Positions 1 to 10,936 of a DNA stretch of 32,000 bases are shown here, piece after piece. The notes under the pieces were generated by a model that had not been told where the DNA came from, did no database searches, and saw only the letters and a list, made by a program, of their open reading frames with translations. The DNA lies in NCBI GenBank assembly GCA_049942765.1, contig CP188086.1, positions 450,001 to 482,000 of the forward strand. Direction: 5' to 3'. The DNA is from Candidatus Saccharimonadota bacterium (lineage in GTDB: Bacteria; Pseudomonadota; Gammaproteobacteria; Enterobacterales; Enterobacteriaceae). Both the position numbers and the translations under genes were made by a program. The stretch's first letter is position 1. Every line of letters begins with the position of its first letter.

Positions 1-455
1 CTTTTATTCATAACTTCTATTTTCCAATGATAATTTTCAGCGTAATGAACATACATTTTAAACAAATCACCTGCAAAAATAGCTGCTTCATCACCTCCAG
101 TTGCAGCACGAATCTCTATAAAACAACTCAGTTTATCGTCAGGATCTTCAGGTAATAATAATTTTTTTAAATTCTGTTCTAATTTTTCTTTTTGATCTAA
201 TGATAAGATCAATTCTTCTCGAGCAAGCTCACTAATATCATCATCAAGAGCTAGGGACCTATAAGTATCTATATCATATATTATTTGTTTCCATGATAGA
301 AAACAATTCACTACCCCTCTAAGCTTTAAATATTCATAATTTAATAATTTAAATTTTTCTTGATTATTAATCACTTGTGGATCAGATAACATTTGTTCTA
401 ATTCTGAATACCTTGTACTTACATTTTCTAATTTTAAGATAATAGAATCTTTCAT
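1..455 (-). CDS. prfA: Peptide chain release factor 1, N-terminal ~151 codons (3' part lies beyond the window start)
   Basis: Absent from the ORF track because it runs off the window. Reverse-strand ATG at 453-455. Hand translation [35 protein letters not shown]...[40 protein letters not shown] is colinear with my recollection of E. coli RF1 (...[38 protein letters not shown]). Confidence 0.9.
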   Translation of the reverse strand, partial: MKDSIILKLENVSTRYSELEQMLSDPQVINNQEKFKLLNYEYLKLRGVVNCFLSWKQIIYDIDTYRSLALDDDISELAREELILSLDQKEKLEQNLKKLLLPEDPDDKLSCFIEIRAATGGDEAAIFAGDLFKMYVHYAENYHWKIEVMNK

Positions 456-1546
456 TTAAAATATAACCTATTCTATTACAAACTGTTAAATATATTAATA
501 ATTAAAAACATCAAATATATATTCGTTTATATATAAAAATAAAATTTTTATCACATAACTAATTGTCTTAATAATATCAATTATAACAAAAACAACATAT
601 AAACACGATTACAAAATAAATAAAACTTAAATACTTATTTATATGTTGTTCAATATTATGTTGTCAACAATACTTTAACATAAATCCATAAAAATTTTAC
701 ATATAAAAATATCAAAAATAATACATAAAGATTTTAAAAAAAAAATATTTATACTGAAATTATCATATATAATACTACACACCATTCACATAAATCATCA
801 TACTATGTAAAATTATACAAATAACTATTCATTCTATAAAATTATTTAAAAACATATTTTTATCTAAAAAGAACAATTTATATTGTTATCGTATACCCTA
901 TTAATAATCAATAAAAAACTTTATACTAATTTTATTTATATAAAAATATTATTCCATAATCTAAAAATCAAATTAAATAAAAATATTAAAGAATTAATAA
1001 ACAAAAAAAATTCTTTTTATTAATACAAAAACACACTAAAAAACAACTAAAATTATATACTATAAATTACATAGTAAAATTTTATTTTTCAAACATATCA
1101 AAAATAATATTTTGATATTTAATTAATAAAATATAAAAATTTATGAAAATTTCATATATAAATTAAATATTATATAATTCATATTTTAATTAACAAATAA
1201 AAACTATCCATTAATACCTTGTATTAATGTATAATTTTTTATTATGCAAATTATTTCAAACAACTCCTGTAATATATTAGAAATAATAACGATCTCTTTA
1301 CTTATTAAAACTACTTCATATATATGTATTGAAACAAACTTTAAAATTCATCTATTGTAAAAATTAACGAAAATAAATATATTTATGTAAATATATATAT
1401 GAAATATTATATAATTAATGAGTAACAATTAGTGTTATTACATAAAAATATAATTAATTATATCTTGTAAAATAATTAACAATTACAAAAAAAATAATTA
1501 TACATTTTATAATTACTAAAATTTTCATTATTTAGAGGATCTAATC
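456..1546. other. 1.09-kb ORF-free, G-depleted AT-rich spacer between divergent prfA and prs; probably fully eroded gene remnant(s)
   Basis: No ORF of 60 aa or more in any frame in the supplied track. No GC-rich island that could be a tRNA or structured RNA. Far longer than a divergent promoter region needs to be in this compact window. Confidence 0.6.
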
Positions 1547-2494
1547 ATGACATATATGAAATTATTTGCTGGAAATGCCATACCAAAATTAGCCAAATCT
1601 ATAGCTGATAGATTATATATAAATTTAGGAAATGCTTCAGTCGGAAGATTTAGCGATGGAGAAATTAGTGTACAAATTAATGAAAACGTACGCGGTGGAG
1701 ATATTTTTATTATTCAATCTACATGTGCACCTACTAATGATAATTTAATGGAATTAATTGTTATGATCGATGCTTTACGTCGCGCATCTGCTGGTAGAAT
1801 TACAGCTGTTATCCCTTACTTCGGATATTCTCGACAAGATCGAAGAGTTCGTTCTGCTAGAGTTCCTATAACTGCTAAAGTAGTTGCAGATTTCATATCT
1901 AGTATTGGAGTTGATAGAATTCTAACTGTAGATCTACATGCAGAACAAATCCAGGGTTTTTTTGATGTTCCAGTCGATAATGTTTTTGGGAGTTTGATTT
2001 TGTTGGAAGATATGTTAAAAATAAACTTAAAAAATCCGATAGTAGTTTCTCCAGATATTGGTGGAGTAGTACGAGCTAGAGCAATTGCTAAATTATTATA
2101 TGATACTGATATGGCTATTATTGATAAAAGAAGACCAAATTCCAATGTATCTCAAGTTATGCATGTCATTGGAGATGTAGCTGAACGAGATTGTGTTTTA
2201 GTAGATGATATTATTGATACTGGAGGAACATTATATAGAGCAGCAGAAGCACTGAAAGAACGAGGAGCAAAAAGAGTATTCGCTTATGCAACACATCCTA
2301 TTTTTTCTGGAAATGCCATAAAAAATTTAAATAAATCATATATTGATGAAGTAGTTGTATCAGATACAATTCCACTACCTGAAAAAATAAAAAACCTATC
2401 ACATGTTAGAACACTAACCTTATCAGGTATGTTAGCCGAAGCTATTAGAAGAATTAGTAATGAAGAATCTATTTCAGCAATGTTCGAACATTAA
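1547..2494 (+). CDS. prs: Ribose-phosphate pyrophosphokinase (PRPP synthetase)
   Basis: 315-aa ORF, nearly identical over long stretches to E. coli Prs (MKLFAGNA..., [56 protein letters not shown]-terminal [25 protein letters not shown]). AGAGGA Shine-Dalgarno at 1534-1539, 8 nt before the ATG. Confidence 0.97.
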   Translation: MTYMKLFAGNAIPKLAKSIADRLYINLGNASVGRFSDGEISVQINENVRGGDIFIIQSTCAPTNDNLMELIVMIDALRRASAGRITAVIPYFGYSRQDRRVRSARVPITAKVVADFISSIGVDRILTVDLHAEQIQGFFDVPVDNVFGSLILLEDMLKINLKNPIVVSPDIGGVVRARAIAKLLYDTDMAIIDKRRPNSNVSQVMHVIGDVAERDCVLVDDIIDTGGTLYRAAEALKERGAKRVFAYATHPIFSGNAIKNLNKSYIDEVVVSDTIPLPEKIKNLSHVRTLTLSGMLAEAIRRISNEESISAMFEH

Positions 2495-2666
2495 ATTAAA
2501 AAACAAATTAATTAAATAAATATATAATAATATTATATCATATAAATTAAAAATCTGTATTAAATAATAATTCCTCTACGTCTTGAGGTTGAACATATCT
2601 TAAGACTAGATACAATCTTATACATAAATAAAAACCAATAAATTAATTTATGTTATTCAACAAATT

Positions 2667-3950
2667 TTACGTTAACATTTGAAATAAACATGAACTTTTA
2701 ATAAATAAAAAAACTTCTGAAACAGTTACAAAAGAACCAAAAACTAAAATAATATCATCATAATTATGATAACTCCAACAAGATATAAAAGCATCTGAAA
2801 TACTATTACAACATATTCTTTTATCTACTGGTAATAATTTCATTAAATCCATTCCTAACATCGTTCTATCATGTTTTAAAGAGGAACAAAACCAAAAATT
2901 AACTAATTTTATAAACGGTTTCAATATTCCAACTATGTCTTTATCCTTCAGAACACCAATAACTACTAAAACTTTATTTTTATTTTTTAATTTTAATATT
3001 TTTTTTGATAAATGATTAGCTGCACTTGGATTATGACACACATCAAAAATAACTAATGGATTATTAAAAACTATCTGAAATCTACCTGTTAATGTGACTG
3101 TTTTTATAACCTTTCTAATTGTTTCTTCAGATACTATAAAACCTGAAAAAGATATTACAGCCATAGCTATAGCCACATTTTCTAATGTTAATAAAGGTAT
3201 TGGTAAATCATATAAACAAAATGAAGGACTTACAAAATCCCAAGAAGAACTATTAGAAATTTTGAAATCCCAATCATGTCCAAATAACTTTAACATTACT
3301 TTTTTTCTCTCTATGGCTTTAAAAACAGTATTGGGGACACATCGATCACCGAAAAATGCTATTTTATGATTACGAAATACACCTGATTTTTCGTATCCTA
3401 TTTCCTCTACCGTCTGACCTAAAACATGCATATGATCTTTATACACATTAGTAATGATAGCAATATCTGCATTAATAACATTTGTAGCATCTAATCGTCC
3501 GCCTAGTCCTACCTCTAATATTAATACATCTAAATGATTAGATTTAAATATCCACAAAGAAGCTAAAGTAATAAATTCAAAATAAGTTAATTCTATATTA
3601 TGACTAACTTTTTCTATTAAGGAAAAGGCATTACAATGTTGAATATCTAATATAGATTTACCATTAATTCGTACCCTTTCAGAATACACAAATAAATGCG
3701 GAGAAGTATACAAACCTACAGTATAACCAGAAGACAATAATAATTGTTCTAAAACTCTACAAGTACTACCCTTACCATTAGTTCCTGTAACAATAAAAAC
3801 AAACGATGTAATTAATGATAAATTTAATATATTAGCTATCAACTTAACATTATATAAATTTTTTGTAACTACATATCGACATTTCTTTTCTAAATAAATT
3901 AACCAATCAGATAAAGTTTTATATTTATTAGTAATAGTTATATTATACAT
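2667..3950 (-). CDS. folC: Bifunctional folylpolyglutamate synthase / dihydrofolate synthase
   Basis: Mur-ligase-type P-loop VTGTNGKGSTCRVLE, EVGLGGRLDATN and DHMHVLG motifs, colinear with E. coli FolC. The ORF is open up to 4037, but alignment to E. coli (…LASWLSYLE vs LSDWLIYLE) favours the internal ATG at 3948-3950 (MYNITITNKYKTLSDWLIYLEK). The 29 upstream codons are Ile/Asn/Tyr-rich spacer-like sequence. Confidence 0.9.
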   Translation of the reverse strand: MYNITITNKYKTLSDWLIYLEKKCRYVVTKNLYNVKLIANILNLSLITSFVFIVTGTNGKGSTCRVLEQLLLSSGYTVGLYTSPHLFVYSERVRINGKSILDIQHCNAFSLIEKVSHNIELTYFEFITLASLWIFKSNHLDVLILEVGLGGRLDATNVINADIAIITNVYKDHMHVLGQTVEEIGYEKSGVFRNHKIAFFGDRCVPNTVFKAIERKKVMLKLFGHDWDFKISNSSSWDFVSPSFCLYDLPIPLLTLENVAIAMAVISFSGFIVSEETIRKVIKTVTLTGRFQIVFNNPLVIFDVCHNPSAANHLSKKILKLKNKNKVLVVIGVLKDKDIVGILKPFIKLVNFWFCSSLKHDRTMLGMDLMKLLPVDKRICCNSISDAFISCWSYHNYDDIILVFGSFVTVSEVFLFIKSSCLFQMLT

Positions 3951-4207
3951 ATATTTTATTATATACACTCTAATAATTTGAATATTAATAATATTGAAAT
4001 TATTAATATAATAAGAAACAATACTTATGAAATACATTAACTAATGTTTATCAAAATTAATAACTAAACGTCAATTTACAAAAAAACAACAAAAACAATG
4101 TGCTTACTTACGTATTATTACACTATCAAAATTTTGTACCATATTAAAATATATACCACTACTTTAGTTATACACTTCAACATAATATTTATTAAAATAA
4201 AAACAAG

Positions 4208-5158
4208 TTATTTATTTTTTGAATCTAAAAAGAAAGAATATAATATAGTCATACTTATAATAAAAATTAAAATCAATAATGTTAATTCTGTAGATAAATA
4301 TATATAATTTATCATTAACATTTTTATACCAGTAAATATAAATATTATAGATAATCCATACTTTATTGATTTTATCTTATTAAAATTAAGAGCTAACAAA
4401 AAATAAAAAGATCTTAATCCTAGTATTGCAAATATATTAGAAAAAATGATAATAAAAGGATCTGAAGTAACAGATAACACAGCTGATGTACTATCAATAG
4501 CAAAACACATATCCATACATTCGATAACAATTAAGGAAATAAATAAAGGAGTAGCAAATAAACAATCATTTTTTTTTACAAAAAATTTATCTCCTTTCAA
4601 TTCATCAGTTATTCTAAAAAAATTTTGCAAAAAAACCAACCATTTTTTTTTTAAAATAACATCTTTACTATCCTTATAAAAAATAATTTTCATTCCACCT
4701 AAAAATACAAACACACCAAAAAAATATAATATCCATTTATATTTCAACAATAAAATATTACCAAAAAAAGCAATCAATGTTCTAAACACAATAGTACCCA
4801 AAATACCATAGGTCAAAACCGTTTTTTGGTAAATTAAAGGTATTGAAAAATATTTAAATATAAAAAACCAAATACAAATATTATCAATAGATAAAAATTT
4901 TTCAAATAAATATGCAGATATAAATGTTATAATTTTAAAATTAGCTAAATCTAGACCAACATTTTTTACTAATATTAACCAAAAAATAAGTAAAAACAAA
5001 ATAGTCAAACATACCCAAAAAATAGACCAAAATACAGCATTATTAATACTAATAGACAATATTTTATATTTTTTATAATACCATTGATTACATAATATAT
5101 TCAACAATACAAAACAAAACAATCCAATACTTAATACAATAATCAAATAATTATTCAT
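4208..5158 (-). CDS. alx: TerC-family integral membrane protein (Alx/YgjT homologue)
   Basis: 316-aa polytopic membrane ORF, colinear with E. coli Alx (YgjT, similar length). Examples: LSIDNICIWFFIFKYFSIP vs LAVDNVFVWLMLFSYFSVP, and FFVKKN..FATPLFISLIVIE...FAIDS...TSDPFIIIFSNIFAILGLRSFYFLLA...KYGLSIIFIFTGIKML. Confidence 0.88.
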   Translation of the reverse strand: MNNYLIIVLSIGLFCFVLLNILCNQWYYKKYKILSISINNAVFWSIFWVCLTILFLLIFWLILVKNVGLDLANFKIITFISAYLFEKFLSIDNICIWFFIFKYFSIPLIYQKTVLTYGILGTIVFRTLIAFFGNILLLKYKWILYFFGVFVFLGGMKIIFYKDSKDVILKKKWLVFLQNFFRITDELKGDKFFVKKNDCLFATPLFISLIVIECMDMCFAIDSTSAVLSVTSDPFIIIFSNIFAILGLRSFYFLLALNFNKIKSIKYGLSIIFIFTGIKMLMINYIYLSTELTLLILIFIISMTILYSFFLDSKNK

Positions 5159-5662
5159 ATCTAATCAATCTTATTATTTAAATTAAGTAAAAAAACTATA
5201 AAAAAATTAAAAATTTAACTATATAAAAACATATAATATACAAAATATCATATAAAAATAAATAATTAACTACACAAGATTAAAAAATAAAATTATAAAA
5301 TATGTTATAAATAAAAATACATTTATTTATAAATCGTTCAAAAATGAAAATTTTTTTTAAAAAATTATTTCAAGTAAAAAACTACAATAGTTTATTAAGT
5401 AAATAATATTTAACAAAAGTAAATTTATGTTTATAAATTATCATAATATATATCTTATAAATTAATAATTAAATAAAAAAAAATTAATTAAAAAACATTT
5501 TTCACATCTCAACAACATTTTTATATTAAATATTTTACTTAAATTAAATACAATATTTAATATTAAATATCAAAAATATAAACATAAATGTTTAACATAA
5601 TTTAATTATTTTAAAGTTAAGATATATGCAACATATATACAATAATTTATTTATCAAATAAA
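5159..5662. other. 504-bp ORF-free AT-rich spacer between the alx start and the nuoN stop
   Basis: No ORF in the track and no GC island. Must contain the alx promoter and the end of the nuo transcript, but is several-fold longer than other same-strand junctions in the window. Confidence 0.5.
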
Positions 5663-7126
5663 CTAAAGAAATGGTTGATAATAATGAATAAAATTAATTA
5701 AAAAATCTGGACGAAACCCAAAAAAAATATTCATCATTCCTAAAAATACAACAATAGATTTATCTACCCTACTAACATGATCATACATCATATTACATGA
5801 CTCTCTTAAATTCAACGAATAAAAAAAATTAATTATAATACGTAAATAATAATACAAACTAATAATAGACCCTAAAATTATAGCTATAATAGAAAACCAA
5901 AAATGAGACATCGTCACAGCTGATAACAATAAAAATTTACTAATAAAACCTAAACTAATAGGAATACCAGCAAGAGAAAATATCATACTTGTTAAAATTA
6001 ATGTTAATAAAGGATATTTCCAAAAAAAACCTTGATAATGATCAAGCAAATCAGAATTACGTTTATCACTCGAATTAGACATGAAATGCATAATAGAAAA
6101 TACAACAAAATTACTCATACTATATGCTATAAGATACAATCCAATTGTTTCTAAAAAATATGGATAACTATTATCACTTATTAATATTAATAAGGCGTAA
6201 CCCATATGTGAAATAGACGAAAATGCTAATAATCTTTTCAAATTATATTGAAATAATGCCATTATATTTCCAAATAATATAGAAAAAAATGCAACCCAAG
6301 AACAAATTTGATTTAAAAAAATAATTTTATTAATAGGTAAATATAAAAATAATCTTACCAATATAATAAACATAGCTATTTTTACTACCGTAGAAAAATA
6401 AGTCAAAACTAATGATGTCATGCCTTCATAAACATCAGGTATCCATAAATGACATGGAAATAAAGATATTTTAAAAAATAATGCTACTAAAATCATTACT
6501 AATCCACATAATAATAATGTAATATGATGTAATGATGAATTAATATTTAAAATATGTTGAATTTCTATAAAACTTAAACCTCCCACACATATATATACTA
6601 ATGCAATACCAAACAACAAAAAAGATGAAGAAATTCCAGATAAAATTAAATATTTAAATGTAGATTCCAAAGCTTTTTTGTTGTATTTTACATAACCAAT
6701 TAAACCAAATAACGGAATAGATACTAATTCTAATCCAATAAATAAACTAGACATATGAACAGAACTTACTAATAACAGACATCCTACAGTAGACAATAAT
6801 AATAATACATAAAACTCATCAATATCATATTTATAATTAATAAAACCTGAATGTGAAAGTATGCAAGTTAATAAACTAAAAATTAAAACTAAACTACTAT
6901 AAAATATAGCAAAACCATCTAGTCTAATCAAAAAATTTATATCTATAGGTATTTTTGACGGTATAAAAAACAAAGACATTAAACTACATGACAAACCAGT
7001 AATACTAATTAAAAAATTTAAAAAATGATTTCTTCTCCAAGAGATAGATATTAACAACAATAATATACTACTAATGATTATTAATATTGGTAACAAAGCA
7101 ATAGTCAATTTAACTATATTAAACAT
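5663..7126 (-). CDS. nuoN: NADH-quinone oxidoreductase subunit N
   Basis: 487 aa, colinear with E. coli NuoN (SWRRNHFLN, LFIGLELVSIPLFGL, HLWIPDVYEG, KRLLAFSSISHMGY, SLAGIP..LGFISKF). Last gene of the nuoA-N array. Confidence 0.95.
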   Translation of the reverse strand: MFNIVKLTIALLPILIIISSILLLLISISWRRNHFLNFLISITGLSCSLMSLFFIPSKIPIDINFLIRLDGFAIFYSSLVLIFSLLTCILSHSGFINYKYDIDEFYVLLLLSTVGCLLLVSSVHMSSLFIGLELVSIPLFGLIGYVKYNKKALESTFKYLILSGISSSFLLFGIALVYICVGGLSFIEIQHILNINSSLHHITLLLCGLVMILVALFFKISLFPCHLWIPDVYEGMTSLVLTYFSTVVKIAMFIILVRLFLYLPINKIIFLNQICSWVAFFSILFGNIMALFQYNLKRLLAFSSISHMGYALLILISDNSYPYFLETIGLYLIAYSMSNFVVFSIMHFMSNSSDKRNSDLLDHYQGFFWKYPLLTLILTSMIFSLAGIPISLGFISKFLLLSAVTMSHFWFSIIAIILGSIISLYYYLRIIINFFYSLNLRESCNMMYDHVSRVDKSIVVFLGMMNIFFGFRPDFLINFIHYYQPFL

Positions 7127-7142
7127 TATAAAATATAACCTT

Positions 7143-8651
7143 CTAGTTAATACAAGATGACATACAGCTATAAATATACTGTATTGAATAATATGATGTA
7201 TTTAAAATAACATTAGGATATAAACCAAATAAAATAATTAAAAAAGCACAGACACTAAGAATAAACAATTCTCGAATACATAATATATTATCTGTTAATA
7301 CAACTTTATTATTTCCATAAAAAATTATATTAACTACATTTAAAAAATAAATTGCTGAAAATAATAATACACATGTTAACATTCCTGTTAATATTGGAAA
7401 AAATTTAAAGGCACCTAATAAAACCATAAATTCACCAATAAAATTACCAGTACCTGGTATACCTATTGTTGCTAGTGAAAAAAATAAAAAAAAACCAGGT
7501 AACCATGTTAATTTAGACCATAAACCACCCATTTTCATTATATCCATAGTATATAATCGTTTATATAATTCTCCTGATAATACAAACAATGATGCAGAGG
7601 ATATCGAATGTACAAATGTTTGAATAACTACACCATGATATGATAATAGACTACTACCTGAATATAATGCTGCAATGATAAAACCCATATTTGAAATAGA
7701 TGAATATGCCAACATACGTTTAATGTTAGTTTGAGTAAAAGCTAACCATGATCCATAAAACGCACTGAAGATACCCCAAACTACAACAAAAGATGAAATT
7801 ATGATAGAAGAACGAGGAAATAATGGAAAACAAAATCTTAATAAACCATAAATAGGCATTTTTATAACCAAACCTGATAAATCTATGGAACCGGCTGTAG
7901 GTGCTTGACTATGAGCATCTGGAAGCCATTGATGAAATGGTACAATTGGTAACTTAATCATAAAAGATACAAAGAAACCTATCATTATCAACCATTCAGA
8001 AATTCCACTTAAACTGATATGCAATAATGCATTATAATCAAAATTTATAATGTTATTTATTAAATAACCATGAATTACTAATCCAATTATAGAAAATAAC
8101 ATTAATAATCCTGATAACTGAGCAAAAATAAAAAACTTATTTGCAGCATTAACAGATATAGCTGTAATGTTATCACTACTTCTACCCCATAAAGCAATTA
8201 AAAAGTACATAGGAATTATAATTAATTCCCAAAAACAAAAAAACAGGAATAAATCAATAGATAAAAACACTCCCATCGTACCACTTATTACACATAATAA
8301 ATGAAAATAAAAACCTTGTGGACATCTTTTAATCTCATTCCAAGAACAAATAACTGATATTACACCTAAAAAAGATGTTAATATGATAAACAATAAAGAC
8401 AACCCATCCATTGCTAAATGAAAATTAATACCAAAATTTGGCATCCAGTTATAAAAAAACTCAATATCCCATCGAGGATGTTTAATATAAGAATGAAAAT
8501 AATACTTAAACCACAACAACAATGATATTAATAAATCTATAATTGTTGTAATTAAAGCAATCCAACGAGAAAAAGCAACTTGATAATAACCTATAATCCA
8601 AGATAATAAACTACCTAAAAACGGAATAACAACTAATAAAAAAAGTAACAT
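7143..8651 (-). CDS. nuoM: NADH-quinone oxidoreductase subunit M
   Basis: 502 aa. N-terminus MLLFLLVVIPFLGSLL matches E. coli MLLPWLILIPFIGGFL. WLPDAHSQAPTAGSIDLSG, KRMLAYSSISNMGF and MGGLWSKL..LP motifs are present. Confidence 0.95.
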   Translation of the reverse strand: MLLFLLVVIPFLGSLLSWIIGYYQVAFSRWIALITTIIDLLISLLLWFKYYFHSYIKHPRWDIEFFYNWMPNFGINFHLAMDGLSLLFIILTSFLGVISVICSWNEIKRCPQGFYFHLLCVISGTMGVFLSIDLFLFFCFWELIIIPMYFLIALWGRSSDNITAISVNAANKFFIFAQLSGLLMLFSIIGLVIHGYLINNIINFDYNALLHISLSGISEWLIMIGFFVSFMIKLPIVPFHQWLPDAHSQAPTAGSIDLSGLVIKMPIYGLLRFCFPLFPRSSIIISSFVVVWGIFSAFYGSWLAFTQTNIKRMLAYSSISNMGFIIAALYSGSSLLSYHGVVIQTFVHSISSASLFVLSGELYKRLYTMDIMKMGGLWSKLTWLPGFFLFFSLATIGIPGTGNFIGEFMVLLGAFKFFPILTGMLTCVLLFSAIYFLNVVNIIFYGNNKVVLTDNILCIRELFILSVCAFLIILFGLYPNVILNTSYYSIQYIYSCMSSCIN

Positions 8652-8780
8652 TGAAGTTAAAATCCTATTCTATACATAATAAATTATTATTTAATTGTAT
8701 TAATACTATTTAAATTTATATTGAATATATTATCCATTAATGATATTGACAATTAAATATTACCAATAATAATAATTACA

Positions 8781-10637
8781 CTACAAAATACTAATATTTA
8801 ATAAAATCAAACTAAATAAAAAAAACAACAAACTAATCATTAACGAAACACTATACCATCGTATATTACCATTCTCAGTTATCAACAATAATTTATTTAT
8901 ACATGACAAAATTATTGTTATTTTATTAACAACCATACCTAATGGATCTACAGACAACAATCTAACTATAAAAATGTATAATTTTTTAAAAACCATATTA
9001 TAAATATAATCAAAATAAAACCCATTAAAAAATAATAATGAAAAACGTCGATATATATCATATTTACATATACTAATGTTTTTAACCCATACATTATATG
9101 CTATAATAATTCCTATAATAGATATAGCACTAGATATCAATGATAATAAATATTTATCAATTTCTATAAACCCATTCACAGAAGATACTGAAAAATTACA
9201 ATAAATCAATATTAATACAAAACATACAGTAGAAAAAAATGATAGCAATACCATAGGTATAATTCCGTATAAACTAAAACGTTTTTCTGTATAAAACTTA
9301 TTATGTAATTTTAAATTAGTACCATGATAAACAAGAAAAATCATACGAAAAGTATATAAAGAAGTTATTAAACCAAATAATAATCCAATAATTAAAAATA
9401 ATATATGATGACTACGTAACAATGCTAATAAAATATTTTCTTTAGTATAAAAACCGAATGTAACAATAGGAAATGCACTTAAAGATAAACCACCTATTAC
9501 AGAAAAAATATATAATAATGGAAATCTATTTTTTAACCCTCCTAATCGAAAAATATTTTGTTCATTATGAGATTGTAAAATAATAGATCCAAATGACAAA
9601 AATAATAAAGCTTTAAAAATAGCATGAGAAATCAAATGAAGTATAGCTGAATGCCACGCTTGCACCGATAATGCCAAAAACATATAACTGATTTGATTCA
9701 TTGTTGAATATGCCAATATTTTTTTAATATCTATTTGACATAATGCAGATAAACCAGAAATCACTAATGATAACATTCCAAACACCCCAATGATACCTAA
9801 TATCACTGAATCTAAAGAAAACAAATAATGCATCCTGAGAATCAAATAAACACCAGCAGTAATCATAGTAGCCGCATGCATTAAAGCTGATACAGGGCTT
9901 GGTCCAACCATAGCATCAGATAACCAAGTATGCAACGGAAACTGAGCTGACTTAGATACTGAACCTAACAATAAAAAAACTAAAATTAAGATTAAATAAA
10001 TGTCTTTATTAATTAATTGACTACTACTTAAGAGATTTAATGACTGAAAATTCAAAGTACCAAATACATGAAAAATAATAAACATTGCAATTAATATAAA
10101 AATATCACCAATACGAGTAATTAAAAATGACTTCATCGCAAAATAACAATTTTTACTATTAAAATAATAAAAACCAATTAACAAATAAGAACATATCCCT
10201 ACAATTTCCCAACCAAAATACATCAACAATAAATTATCAGCTAAAATTAATAAAAACATACCAGCCATAAACAAACTCATATAAGCAAAATAACGAGCAT
10301 TATCATTCTTATTCTGCATATACCACAATGAAAAAAAATGTATTATTAATCCTATGATAGACACTAAAACTAACATAGTAATTGATAAATAATCCAATAA
10401 AAAACTAAACTTAATCCTTAAAGTATCTAAATGTATCCATACAAACAACTCTTTAACATAAAATGTTAATCCTCCATAATAATAATCTAATGCCACATAA
10501 CAAGCAAAACATGTAGATATAAAAATAGAAAATATTCCTATCCAGGAAGATATATATCGAGATAAATTATTTTGAAAAAAAGATAGTATAAAAAAACTCA
10601 TTAACGGAAATAATATCACTAAAGAAACACAATTCAT
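8781..10637 (-). CDS. nuoL: NADH-quinone oxidoreductase subunit L
   Basis: 618 aa, colinear with E. coli NuoL (ADNLLLMYFGWEIVGICSYLLIGFYY, KSAQFPLHTWLSDAMVGPSPVSALMHAATM.TAGVYL, HEQNIFRLGGLK). Its ATG overlaps the nuoK stop (ATGA, 10634-10637). Confidence 0.95.
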   Translation of the reverse strand: MNCVSLVILFPLMSFFILSFFQNNLSRYISSWIGIFSIFISTCFACYVALDYYYGGLTFYVKELFVWIHLDTLRIKFSFLLDYLSITMLVLVSIIGLIIHFFSLWYMQNKNDNARYFAYMSLFMAGMFLLILADNLLLMYFGWEIVGICSYLLIGFYYFNSKNCYFAMKSFLITRIGDIFILIAMFIIFHVFGTLNFQSLNLLSSSQLINKDIYLILILVFLLLGSVSKSAQFPLHTWLSDAMVGPSPVSALMHAATMITAGVYLILRMHYLFSLDSVILGIIGVFGMLSLVISGLSALCQIDIKKILAYSTMNQISYMFLALSVQAWHSAILHLISHAIFKALLFLSFGSIILQSHNEQNIFRLGGLKNRFPLLYIFSVIGGLSLSAFPIVTFGFYTKENILLALLRSHHILFLIIGLLFGLITSLYTFRMIFLVYHGTNLKLHNKFYTEKRFSLYGIIPMVLLSFFSTVCFVLILIYCNFSVSSVNGFIEIDKYLLSLISSAISIIGIIIAYNVWVKNISICKYDIYRRFSLLFFNGFYFDYIYNMVFKKLYIFIVRLLSVDPLGMVVNKITIILSCINKLLLITENGNIRWYSVSLMISLLFFLFSLILLNISIL

Positions 10638-10936
10638 CCTTTCATCTCACTTAAAACATCAATATCTAAAGTATGATAACGACGATACACTTGAATTAAT
10701 AATGCCAAACCTATACTAATTTCTGCAGCTGCTGCAGTTACTATAAATAAATGAAAAATTTGCCCATCATTTTGATATAAATAACTTCCAGCTAAAATTA
10801 ATGATAAAGATGCTGCATTTAACATAATTTCTATACCAATTAATATAAATAATATGTTTCTACGAATAACTACACATATAAAACCCAATAAAAATAAAAA
10901 AAAAGATAATGATAATCCATGTGACAATTGAATCAT
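10634..10936 (-). CDS. nuoK: NADH-quinone oxidoreductase subunit K
   Basis: MIQLSHGLSLSFFLFLLGFICVVIRRNILFILIGIEIMLNAASL aligns residue-for-residue with E. coli NuoK (MIPLQHGL..., 100 aa). The track ORF starts 4 codons upstream at a GTG (10946-10948). The ATG at 10934-10936 gives the E. coli-length protein. Confidence 0.93.
   Translation of the reverse strand: MIQLSHGLSLSFFLFLLGFICVVIRRNILFILIGIEIMLNAASLSLILAGSYLYQNDGQIFHLFIVTAAAAEISIGLALLIQVYRRYHTLDIDVLSEMKG

Noticed and set aside
1165-1416. Repeated 15-mer AAATATTATATAATT (1165-1179 and 1402-1416) in the prfA-prs spacer
   Set aside because: A single short A/T-only repeat within 1 kb of about 90% A+T sequence is about what chance predicts. 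There is no extended flanking similarity, so there is no evidence for a duplication or repeat family.
1816-2145. 109-aa ORF antisense to prs
   Set aside because: Lies entirely within, and antisense to, a very strongly conserved prs coding sequence. The translation has no recognisable motifs. It is a typical shadow ORF.
2580-2606. Possible hairpin (GTCTTGAG / CTTAAGAC, 8 bp with one G-U pair, 11-nt loop) between convergent prs and folC
   Set aside because: Weak stem, large loop and no flanking U-tract on either strand. I cannot support it as a terminator, although it is the only G/C-containing structure in that spacer.
3094-3369. 91-aa ORF antisense to folC
   Set aside because: Embedded antisense in folC. 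No SD and no recognisable family. Shadow ORF.
3951-4037. N-terminal extensions of track ORFs (folC to 4037, nuoI to 12092, nuoB to 20350, nuoK to 10948, dnaJ from 23199, rpsT to 24742)
   Set aside because: Alignment with the E. coli orthologues places the conserved N-termini at internal start codons. The extensions are Ile/Asn/Tyr/Phe-rich translations of spacer-like DNA, and in two cases they would overlap the upstream gene or bury the SD.
4098-4307. 69-aa ORF spanning the folC-alx spacer and the alx 3' end
   Set aside because: Low-complexity Ile/Lys/Tyr translation of AT-rich DNA. It overlaps the alx 3' end on the opposite strand and has no SD.
4446-4679. 77-aa ORF antisense to alx
   Set aside because: Embedded antisense in a conserved TerC-family gene and contains the poly-T tracts. 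Shadow ORF.
5525-5561. 10-bp inverted repeat ATTAAATATT...AATATTTAAT in the alx-nuoN spacer
   Set aside because: Pure A/T arms in near-pure A/T DNA. Chance occurrence is likely.
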